DNA of 32,000 bases from Candidatus Electronema aureum (GTDB taxonomy: Bacteria; Desulfobacterota; Desulfobulbia; Desulfobulbales; Desulfobulbaceae). The DNA is taken from NCBI GenBank assembly GCA_004284765.1, contig NQJD01000004.1, forward strand, positions 1 through 32,000, in the 5' to 3' direction. Shown here in pieces: positions 1 through 8,115 of the stretch (positions within the stretch are counted from its first letter, which is position 1; each line of letters begins with the position of its first letter). Position numbers and translations under genes: made by a program. The notes under the pieces were generated by a model, which worked only from the letters and a program-made list of their open reading frames with translations, was not told where the DNA came from and made no database searches.

Positions 1-290
1 CATTCGCCCTCTGAAAACTGAGACCAAGTCGGAAGTCAACTTTTTCAATATTATATTGTTTTTAATGGTAAATTCAATGTGTTTTTTAGGGAGCCGTTCG
101 CTTTGCCACTCATGGTTCACCATTACCTATTTTTGGGAGACTACTTAACGGTTGCACTTGGAACTTGAATTCACCCTTTTCCATATCTCCTCCGTGAATA
201 TGTTTGCGTGATCAATGCAAGCAGAGACCGCGCTGCCCGCTGAAAATGCCTCATCTGCCGCCTTCACTGCACCACCATTGCGCGAAAATG

Positions 291-312
291 AGAATAATTT
301 TCAAATTATTCT
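291..312. promoter_or_regulatory. Perfect 10-2-10 palindrome AGAATAATTT-TC-AAATTATTCT; candidate operator site
   Basis: Read directly: 291-300 agaataattt, 301-302 tc, 303-312 aaattattct, the exact reverse complement. It lies in the ORF-free region upstream of dxs. The binding protein is unknown. Confidence 0.3.
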
Positions 313-626
313 TGCAGGATACGCAGTCCCATCCTCTTCATATCATCGAATGAGAGATTCCGCAAAAAAAATATCAGCAGATTTTTAGCTGACACCGAGG
401 CCGACAGACACAAGCGTACGTTTGCTCTCCCCTGCGGAAGCTGTCCCGATCTCCTGCCAATGCTGCAATCAAGGCTTGAAAGTCTGCACTGTCCGATCTA
501 CAATGCGGATTGCTTTGGCGGGGATCATGCGATGACCGCCGAGCTGGAGCAGGGCAATCTGCAACTGAAACCTGCGCACGGAACAAACGGGCAGACCCGC
601 CCGCAGCCTTTCCTAACGAGACAACC

Positions 627-2516
627 ATGACGGAAGCCGCAGCCGAACTCAGTCTGCTTGAAACTATTGATTCCCCGAAAGACCTGCGTGAGCTTGATCT
701 GGCTGAATTAGAGCAGCTCGCCGGAGAAATTCGCACAAAGATCATCAGCACGGTGGCTAAAAATGGTGGCCATCTTGCGCCCAGTCTTGGCGTGGTTGAG
801 CTAACCTTGGCCCTCCATTATGTTTTCAACACGCCGAAAGACCAGCTTATTTGGGACGTGGGCCACCAGTGCTACGCCCACAAGCTGATCACGGGTCGCC
901 GCCACACATTTCATACCCTTCGGCAGGCTCAGGGCATCAGCGGTTTTCCCAAACGAGCGGAAAGCGAATACGACACTATCGAAACTGGCCATAGCTCCAC
1001 CTCCATCTCTTTTGGCTTGGGACTGGCAGCGGCAAAGGCCATTCAAGGCGATCCGAGCAAGGTTATTACCGTGATCGGCGACGGCTCGATGACCGCTGGT
1101 TTAGCCTTTGAGGGGCTTAATCATGCGGGTGATTTGCATAAAAATCTAATCGTTATCCTCAACGATAACGAGATGTCGATTTCTGCCAATGTCGGTGCGT
1201 TGTCCAGCTTTCTGAGCAGAAAGCTGTCTTCCAAGACCATGCGCCGCCTCAAAGATCAAATTGAAGAAGGGCTGAAGCTCTGCTCGGTAGGCGAAAATCT
1301 TCTCAGCGTTTTGCGGAAGTCTGAAGACAGCCTAAAGGTTTTTTTCACACCAGGGATGCTGTTCGAGGCTTTTAAGTTTGAATACATTGGCCCCATTCCT
1401 GGCCACGATCTGCCTGCTTTATTAGAAACCTTGGAGAATGTCCGTGACAGCAGCAACGGACCGGTTTTAATCCATGTGCTTACTACTAAGGGCAAGGGAT
1501 ATGCACCTGCCGAGCAGACTCCCGGTGATTATCACGGAGTTGGGCCATTTTCAATTGCTGATGGCAAACCCCTGCCGACTTCTGGCCCACCTTCATATAC
1601 CTCAGTTTTTGGTAAAACCCTCTGCACCATCGCTGAGACGGATAAACGGGTGGCAGCAATCACCGCTGCTATGCCCGCAGGCACCGGCCTGACCGAATTC
1701 AGCAAGCGTTTTCCTGAACGCTTCTTTGATGTAGGCATTGCCGAACAGCACGCTGTCACTTTTGCCGCTGGCTTGGCCTTAGCTGGGTTGCGTCCGGTGT
1801 TGGCGGTGTATTCCAGCTTCATGCAGCGTGCCTTGGATCAGGTTATCCATGATGTCTGCCTGCCGAATTTGCCGGTTATTTTCGCCCTTGATCGTGCAGG
1901 TGTAGTCGGTGACGACGGCCCCACCCACCACGGCGTATTTGACATTTCCTTTCTTCGCTTTATCCCCGGCCTCACCCTAATGGCCCCCAAGGATGAGAAC
2001 GAATTGCGGCACCTGCTCCACACCGCCGTGAATCATAACGGCCCGTGTGCGATTCGTTACCCACGCGGCTCCGGCGAAGGCGTACCTACAGATGAAGAGC
2101 TGCGGCTTCTGCCGGTTGGCAAAGGTGAGTTACTCCGCAAGGGTAGCGATATTCTAATCATTCCTGTCGGCAATCGGGTGTATCCAGCGATGCAAGCAGC
2201 AGAAGGTTTAGCCAAGCTCGGCGTTGAGGCGACCGTGATCAATCCACGTTTTATTAAACCGTTAGACATCGAGCTGATCAGTCACTGGGCAAAACAATGT
2301 GGCAGAGTGCTAACTGTGGAGGACAACGCTAAGAAAGGTGGCTTTGGCAGCGCAGTGCTGCAAATGTTGCATGAGCTGCATCTGATCATACCGGTACGCA
2401 GCCTCGGCTACGGCGATAAGTTCATTGAGCAAGCTCCACAGCAGGTGTTGTGGAAAGACGCAGGCATTGATGCCACCGGAATTATTAAAGCCGCATTAGA
2501 GTTGATGCAGCGATGA
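627..2516 (+). CDS. dxs: 1-deoxy-D-xylulose-5-phosphate synthase
   Basis: Full-length similarity to Dxs. Motifs seen: [37 protein letters not shown], the [21 protein letters not shown]-binding region, and [15 protein letters not shown] trimmed the start from the 510 track ORF to the ATG at 627 ([23 protein letters not shown]), which matches the usual Dxs N-terminus. Confidence 0.96.
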   Translation: MTEAAAELSLLETIDSPKDLRELDLAELEQLAGEIRTKIISTVAKNGGHLAPSLGVVELTLALHYVFNTPKDQLIWDVGHQCYAHKLITGRRHTFHTLRQAQGISGFPKRAESEYDTIETGHSSTSISFGLGLAAAKAIQGDPSKVITVIGDGSMTAGLAFEGLNHAGDLHKNLIVILNDNEMSISANVGALSSFLSRKLSSKTMRRLKDQIEEGLKLCSVGENLLSVLRKSEDSLKVFFTPGMLFEAFKFEYIGPIPGHDLPALLETLENVRDSSNGPVLIHVLTTKGKGYAPAEQTPGDYHGVGPFSIADGKPLPTSGPPSYTSVFGKTLCTIAETDKRVAAITAAMPAGTGLTEFSKRFPERFFDVGIAEQHAVTFAAGLALAGLRPVLAVYSSFMQRALDQVIHDVCLPNLPVIFALDRAGVVGDDGPTHHGVFDISFLRFIPGLTLMAPKDENELRHLLHTAVNHNGPCAIRYPRGSGEGVPTDEELRLLPVGKGELLRKGSDILIIPVGNRVYPAMQAAEGLAKLGVEATVINPRFIKPLDIELISHWAKQCGRVLTVEDNAKKGGFGSAVLQMLHELHLIIPVRSLGYGDKFIEQAPQQVLWKDAGIDATGIIKAALELMQR

Positions 2517-3313
2517 TGGAACTGCTTGCCGATACCCACCTGCATCTGTATTCCTGCTATGATCTTGATTACGCCTTTTCTGGCTTGATTGATCGGCTGG
2601 TTGCGCATAATCCGCAGGCCGTCTTTGCCGCTTTTTTAGCCGAACGCTCTGGGTATAATTTTTACGAGCACCTGCAAACAGGCGAGAAAATCTTGCGTGA
2701 TTTCGTGATCGAACATGCAGGCAACAATCTCGTCTTACGGCGCAAAAAGGATGCTCGCTGCTTGACCGTGCTGCCGGGTCGTCAAATTATTGCAGCGGAA
2801 AACATAGAGGTGCTGGCCCTTTGCACAGACGCACTTTTTGCTGATGGCATCCCGGCGGCAGAGCTGATCAAATTAATCTTGAAAAAAAACGGTGTGCCGG
2901 TGTTGCCGTGGTCGCCGGGTAAATGGTTTTTCCAGCGCGGCAAGGTGATTGATCATCTACTGCACAGCTTCACGCCACAAAATTTTTTAATCGGTGATGT
3001 CAGTCTGCGGCCTCACGGCTGGCCGCTGCCACTCCTGATGCGCAAGGCCAAGCGGCTTGGCTATCAGATCATCAGCGGCTCTGACCCCTTGCCCTTCCCC
3101 GGTCAAGAAGCGCAGTTCGGTAGATATGCCTCCCGCATCATCAGCACTGAACAAAAGCTGGGGCCTGACGATACGTTGCGTTCCTTGCTCGCAGGCAAGG
3201 CAGAGGCGATTAGTATTGGCCAACGTGCCTCCTTGCTTGAGCTGTTCAAGCGATTGCGCTATAATAGACAAGTGCGCAGAGGACAGGAGAAGCATTTGAG
3301 CGACGAAATTTGA
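2513..3313 (+). CDS. Hypothetical protein, possibly a PHP- or amidohydrolase-like metal-dependent hydrolase
   Basis: 266-aa ORF whose ATG overlaps the dxs stop (ATGA at 2513-2516). It has an N-terminal ADTHLHLY (HxH) motif and a C-terminal GSDPLPFPG, both reminiscent of metal-dependent phosphoesterases. The family assignment is weak. Confidence 0.6.
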   Translation: MMELLADTHLHLYSCYDLDYAFSGLIDRLVAHNPQAVFAAFLAERSGYNFYEHLQTGEKILRDFVIEHAGNNLVLRRKKDARCLTVLPGRQIIAAENIEVLALCTDALFADGIPAAELIKLILKKNGVPVLPWSPGKWFFQRGKVIDHLLHSFTPQNFLIGDVSLRPHGWPLPLLMRKAKRLGYQIISGSDPLPFPGQEAQFGRYASRIISTEQKLGPDDTLRSLLAGKAEAISIGQRASLLELFKRLRYNRQVRRGQEKHLSDEI

Positions 3314-3325
3314 CAAGGAAACAAG

Positions 3326-4486
3326 GTGACAATTTCAACCTGCGAGCAGTTCAGAGATGTCAGCGTCTTGATTACCGGGGCCACTGGCTTCACCGGCAGA
3401 GTGCTGACCAAAAAGTTGGCAGCGGCAGGAGCGCAAATTCGTGCGATTGCTCGCCCCACATCTCAACTCGGTGATTTAGCTGATCTCAACGTCACTTGGT
3501 TGAAAGGCGAAGTTTTTGATCCAGAAACCGTCCGCCGAGCCGCTGATGGTGTTGAGTACATTTTTCATATCGCTGCCGCCTATCGGCAGGAAAATGCGAC
3601 TGAGGAAGATTATCGCCGGGTGCATGTCTATTCTACCCAGCTCTTAGCCGAAGTCGTTAAAGATCAGACAAAATTTAAACGCTTTATCCATGTCTCCACC
3701 GTCGGGGTGCATGGCCATATTCCCGGTGATGACCTTGCCGACGAAACCTACCGCTTCAGTCCGGGCGACAGCTACCAGCGCACCAAGCTGGAGGCTGAAC
3801 AATGGCTGACCGATTTTGCTACCCGCAGCGGCATTCCGCACACGGTCATTCGTCCGGGCGCGATTCTCGGCCCCGGCGATGAGCGGCTGCTGAAAATTTT
3901 TAAGATGGTGCAGAACGGCTTTATTCTCATGCTCGGCAGCGGTAAAGGAATGTATCATCTTATCCATGTCGAAGACCTGACTGATATTCTCCTCGCTGCC
4001 GCTGTGTCGGACAAAGCACGTTCACAAGTGTTTATCGCTGCTAACGATGAACCGATTTCTATCATCGGCATGGGCAAAGTTATCGCCAAAACGTTACAGA
4101 AAAAAATTCGAGTTATCCGTTTGCCAATTTGGCCTTTCTTCCTTGCTGCCGACCTCTGTAAGGTCATCTGCACACCGCTGGGCATCCAGCCGCCTCTCTA
4201 TCGCCGCCGGGTAGCCTTTTACACCAAAGACCGCAAATTCAACAATACCAAGCTGAAGCAGTTGCTCGGTTATTCGTTCCGTTACAGCAATGAAAGCGGC
4301 TTGGCTGAAACTGCAAGGTGGTATAAGCAGCAGGGCTGGCTGGCTGGGTCTGCCGCCAAAAAACAACCGCTGCGTGAAATTTTTTACTGCAAATACATTA
4401 CAGATGGCCTTGTCTCCAGCCTCTCGCGGTATGTTGAACCTGCTATTGGCCCCGCCAGCGATTTTGTGGGCTTGTCCTTGCTGTAG
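3326..4486 (+). CDS. NAD-dependent epimerase/dehydratase (extended SDR family)
   Basis: GATGFTG Rossmann glycine motif at the N-terminus (VLITGATGFTGRVL) and a YQRTK catalytic YxxxK. GTG start at 3326, preceded by aaggaa. About 60 aa of C-terminal extension beyond a typical SDR. Confidence 0.85.
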   Translation: MTISTCEQFRDVSVLITGATGFTGRVLTKKLAAAGAQIRAIARPTSQLGDLADLNVTWLKGEVFDPETVRRAADGVEYIFHIAAAYRQENATEEDYRRVHVYSTQLLAEVVKDQTKFKRFIHVSTVGVHGHIPGDDLADETYRFSPGDSYQRTKLEAEQWLTDFATRSGIPHTVIRPGAILGPGDERLLKIFKMVQNGFILMLGSGKGMYHLIHVEDLTDILLAAAVSDKARSQVFIAANDEPISIIGMGKVIAKTLQKKIRVIRLPIWPFFLAADLCKVICTPLGIQPPLYRRRVAFYTKDRKFNNTKLKQLLGYSFRYSNESGLAETARWYKQQGWLAGSAAKKQPLREIFYCKYITDGLVSSLSRYVEPAIGPASDFVGLSLL

Positions 4487-4497
4487 ATGAGGAGCTG

Positions 4498-5238
4498 ATG
4501 CAGGAATCAACGCACTTTCTCGAAACCGCCGACATTGCAACTGCCTCAGAGGATTATGCCAGCCGTTTTTCGGGCGAGGTTGGGGCGTATTTTCTCCAGC
4601 TCCAGCTTGATCTTCTCTTGGAGCTGCTGCCTGAGCTTGCTCCGGGTACATCGGTGCTGGATGTGGGCGGCGGCCATGCCCAGTTAGCTGTGCCATTGGC
4701 AGAGCGTGGCTGCAAGGTCACTGTTACCGGCAGCAACGAAAGCTGTCGCCGACGGCTGGCGCAGCAGCTACCAAACGGTGCCTATTCCTACCAGACCTGC
4801 GACATGCTCCATCTGCCCTTTGCTGACCGCTCGTTTGATTTTGTCATCGCTTTTCGCCTTGTGCCGCATGTTGACCGCTGGCCGCAACTGCTGGCCGAGT
4901 TAGCGCGAGTTGCAGGCAAGGCAGTGGTCATTGACTATCCTGACCTCCGCAGCATCAATATCCTGAATTCTCTTTTCTTCCACCTGAAGAAAAAGCTGGA
5001 GGGTAATACCCGTACCTTCGGCCTCTTCAACCGGGCACAGATCATCAGTGAATTCACCAAAAACGGCATGGTCAATTCCCAGTTGCGCCCAGAATTTCTC
5101 CTCCCAATGGTACTACATAGAAAGCTGCGTTCTGTAAAAATATCCGGTTTCCTTGAGAACTGCTGCCGTTCTTGCGGCCTGACCCAGCTTTTCGGCTCGC
5201 CAATCATCCTGCGGGTGGATAAGGCGGAGCGGCAATGA
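4498..5238 (+). CDS. Class I SAM-dependent methyltransferase
   Basis: Motif I VLDVGGGHAQLA followed by an acidic loop, with typical spacing to LPFADRSFDFV (post-I/II). GAGGAG lies just upstream of the ATG. Confidence 0.8.
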   Translation: MQESTHFLETADIATASEDYASRFSGEVGAYFLQLQLDLLLELLPELAPGTSVLDVGGGHAQLAVPLAERGCKVTVTGSNESCRRRLAQQLPNGAYSYQTCDMLHLPFADRSFDFVIAFRLVPHVDRWPQLLAELARVAGKAVVIDYPDLRSINILNSLFFHLKKKLEGNTRTFGLFNRAQIISEFTKNGMVNSQLRPEFLLPMVLHRKLRSVKISGFLENCCRSCGLTQLFGSPIILRVDKAERQ

Positions 5239-6398
5239 AAATTCTCCTGCTTGCGCCACAGCCCTTTTTCCAAAACCGGGGTACGCCCATCGCCGTCCGC
5301 TTGCTGGCAGAGACTCTTGGCAAGGCAGGCCAAGAGGTGCATCTGCTGGTTTTTCATGAAGGCGAAGATCTTGCGATGCCCAACGTGACCTTGCACCGGA
5401 CTGCCGCCCTGCCCTTTCTCCGCGCTATTCCGCCCGGCTTTTCTTGGCAGAAAATCTGCTGCGACCTACTGATGACCGCAAAAGCGATCCAGATGCAGCG
5501 GCAGCTTGGCTTTGATCTGGTTCACGCGGTAGAGGAGTCGGTCTTCATTGCCATGCTCCTGCGACTGCTCTTCAAGGTGCCGTATATTTATGACTTGGAT
5601 TCATGGATGAGCGATCAGCTTATAGCCAAGCTCACCGTTCTCCGCCCCTTCCGTTCGTTGCTTGAATCTTTTGAAAAGGCGGCAGTGCGGCACAGTCTCG
5701 GTGTGGTGCCAGTTTGTCGGGCGATTGAGGACAAGATCAGGAGTTTTAACCGCGACAAGTCACTGCTTCGACTGGAGGACATCAGTCTGCTGGAAGAAGG
5801 CAACTTTTGTCAAAAGGAAGATGTGCGAACGTTGACCGGGTGCCAAGGCAAGATAGTGATGTATGTCGGCAACTTGGAAAGGTATCAAGGCATGACTCTG
5901 TTCCTTGAAGCCTTTACCTTAGCTGATCCTGCGGCCTTGGATTGCAGCTTGGTGATCATTGGCGGAGTTGCGAAGGATATTGCCTATTATACGGAAATGG
6001 CCCAGCAGCTTGGCATCAGCAAACGGGTTTTCTTCATTGGCCCCCGCCCGGCTTCCGCACTCGGTATGTACTTAACTCAGGCGGACTTACTGGTCTCGCC
6101 ACGCACCGAGGGCGAAAACACGCCGATGAAAATTTATTCCTACATGGATTCTGGCAAGCCGATTCTGGCCACCAAGATTGCCAGCCACACTCAAGTGCTG
6201 GATGAGAGCAACGCCTTTCTTGCTCTCCCAGAACCTGCGGCCTTGGCAGCGGAGCTGCGGCGTGTCCTTACAGACAACAGCGAGGCAAGCAAACGGGCAG
6301 CACAGGCTAAAGAGAAGGCGGCAGATTACAGTCGGCCAGCCTACGAACGAAAGATCAACAGGTTTTACAGCGAGCTGATGCAGGAGATGATAAGATGA
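5235..6398 (+). CDS. Glycosyltransferase, GT4/GT-B fold family
   Basis: N-terminus MKILLLAPQPFFQNRGTPIAV and a C-terminal EGENTPMKIYSYMDSGKPILAT (EX7E-like region), both typical of GT4 enzymes. The start overlaps the upstream stop (ATGA). Confidence 0.85.
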   Translation: MKILLLAPQPFFQNRGTPIAVRLLAETLGKAGQEVHLLVFHEGEDLAMPNVTLHRTAALPFLRAIPPGFSWQKICCDLLMTAKAIQMQRQLGFDLVHAVEESVFIAMLLRLLFKVPYIYDLDSWMSDQLIAKLTVLRPFRSLLESFEKAAVRHSLGVVPVCRAIEDKIRSFNRDKSLLRLEDISLLEEGNFCQKEDVRTLTGCQGKIVMYVGNLERYQGMTLFLEAFTLADPAALDCSLVIIGGVAKDIAYYTEMAQQLGISKRVFFIGPRPASALGMYLTQADLLVSPRTEGENTPMKIYSYMDSGKPILATKIASHTQVLDESNAFLALPEPAALAAELRRVLTDNSEASKRAAQAKEKAADYSRPAYERKINRFYSELMQEMIR

Positions 6399-7984
6399 AG
6401 AGGAATCCAGAGCGGGTTGCTGCAAGCCATTACGATCTTGTCGTTATCGGCGGCGGCATCAATGGCATTGCCACTGCCTATGAAGCAGCCACCCGGGGCC
6501 TAAAGACTTGCCTGCTGGAAGCCTCGGATTTCATGAGTCAGACTTCCTCTAATTCGCTCAAGATCATTCATGGCGGCTTTCGCTATCTCCAGCAGGCAAA
6601 TTTGAAAAGAATTCGTGAATCCAACTGCGAACGGCGTACGCTGCTGAAGATTGCACCTCATCTGGTGCATCCGCTGCAATGTGTCATGCCGACCGAATCT
6701 ATCTGGAATCTACGCAGCCTGCCTGGTCTGTTTGCAGCCAGTCTGATTAACGGCTTGATTTCCTTTGACCGCAGTAAAGGCCTGCCGACAGATAAACAGC
6801 TTCCGCTCGGCGGCATCATCTCGAAACAGAAGCTGATTGCGCTGCTGGGCAAGGAATTTGACCGGCCTTCTGTCACCGGCGCAGCTATCTGGCATGACGG
6901 CATGGCGGTCAACTCCGAACGGCTTGGCCTTGCCTTTCTTCATGCGGGAGCAAAATACGGGCTGGACGCGCTCAACTACTGCCCGGTCACTGGCTTTCAG
7001 CAGAAAAATGGCCATATCACCGACGTTCACGTGCGCGATGCAGTGTTGGGCGGCAGCTTCACCGTTTCGGCAGATTTTGTCATCAATGCCGCCGGAGCCT
7101 GGGCGGGCGGCCTGCTGAACTTACTGCCAACCCTGCCTAAGCGCGATTTTCCGCAGTGCCGGGTGATGAATCTTGTTACGAAAAGAACGCTTTTCCCGGG
7201 TAAGCAGGCGGTTGGTCTGTTTGATCATGATAGAGCTTTTTTCTTTGTGCCGTGGCGCGGATATTGGATGATCGGTACGGACGAAGCAGCATGGAAGGAC
7301 GAACCGGGGCAGTTACGGATTAGCGAGGAGGATATTGAACGGTTTCTTGGGCGGATCAACAAGGTCTATCCGGGACAACCCCTGCGCCGGGAGGACATCT
7401 GCCATGTGCATAAAGGCTTTGTGCCAGGCCGCTTCAAGCCAGACGGCGACTTTAAGCTGCTTGACCACCAGAAGAATGGCATTGACAATCTCATCTCCTT
7501 GCAGCCCGTTAAATACACCACGGCCAGAGATGTCGGTCAGAAGACGGTCGATTTTGTGCTGAGAAAGACGGGCAAGCCATTCCAAGCATCAAGAACGGCG
7601 GAAATGCCGCTTGAAGGTGGGGAGATGGAGAGCTTTGCTGCATTCTGTGCTCAGAATATGACAGAGATCGCGGATGCTGGTATCAGCCAGCAAGCAGCGC
7701 AGCATCTCCTTAACAATTACGGCTCTTCATACCGGAACGTGCTGAATCATACTGACCTACTGCGCTTACTGCCTGGTTCTGAGGAAGTGCTGGAGGCAGA
7801 AATTACCTATGCGGTCGAGGAGGAGATGGCGGTGCGATTGGACGACGTTGTGCGGCGGCGTACTGATCTTGGATCAGGAGAAAAACCATCTCAAGAATCC
7901 CTTGTCTGCTGTGCTGCACTGATGGGAAAAATGCTCGGTTGGAACAAAGAGCGGCAGGATGCTGAAATCTTGTCAATTCATTAA
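6395..7984 (+). CDS. FAD-dependent oxidoreductase, glycerol-3-phosphate dehydrogenase/oxidase (GlpD/GlpO)-like
   Basis: YDLVVIGGGINGIATAYEAATRGLKTCLLEASDF...SSNSLKIIHGGFRYL closely parallels the GlpD N-terminal FAD-binding region. The 529-aa length fits GlpD with its C-terminal domain. The start overlaps the upstream stop (ATGA). Confidence 0.8.
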   Translation: MKRNPERVAASHYDLVVIGGGINGIATAYEAATRGLKTCLLEASDFMSQTSSNSLKIIHGGFRYLQQANLKRIRESNCERRTLLKIAPHLVHPLQCVMPTESIWNLRSLPGLFAASLINGLISFDRSKGLPTDKQLPLGGIISKQKLIALLGKEFDRPSVTGAAIWHDGMAVNSERLGLAFLHAGAKYGLDALNYCPVTGFQQKNGHITDVHVRDAVLGGSFTVSADFVINAAGAWAGGLLNLLPTLPKRDFPQCRVMNLVTKRTLFPGKQAVGLFDHDRAFFFVPWRGYWMIGTDEAAWKDEPGQLRISEEDIERFLGRINKVYPGQPLRREDICHVHKGFVPGRFKPDGDFKLLDHQKNGIDNLISLQPVKYTTARDVGQKTVDFVLRKTGKPFQASRTAEMPLEGGEMESFAAFCAQNMTEIADAGISQQAAQHLLNNYGSSYRNVLNHTDLLRLLPGSEEVLEAEITYAVEEEMAVRLDDVVRRRTDLGSGEKPSQESLVCCAALMGKMLGWNKERQDAEILSIH

Positions 7985-8115
7985 AAGTGATAAATTCACT
8001 TTGTAGACTTCTAATTATAGAATCCCACCTACAGCTCCTCTTTATCACGCATCACGACAGAACATGAAATAGCCGGGCGCGTTCTTAATGAACAACCAAC
8101 ACGAAAGGAGTATTC

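Noticed and set aside
1-3. The window begins with cat, which would be an ATG on the minus strand for a gene running off the left edge
   Set aside because: It cannot be supported from three nucleotides. There is only a weak gaggg 3 nt upstream.
18-23. Possible TPP riboswitch upstream of the TPP-dependent enzyme dxs
   Set aside because: A CTGAGA hexamer occurs at 18-23. The rest of the THI-box (ACCCTT..GAACCTGATC..GGATAATGCC) is absent, and the hexamer lies 600 bp from the dxs start.
510-626. N-terminal extension of the dxs ORF (track start at 510)
   Set aside because: The extension ([15 protein letters not shown]...) has no counterpart in Dxs proteins. The ATG at 627 gives the canonical N-terminus.
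374-751. 125-aa minus-strand ORF
   Set aside because: It runs antisense across the dxs start region and has no RBS. Its Ser/Arg/Ala-rich translation is typical of an antisense frame.
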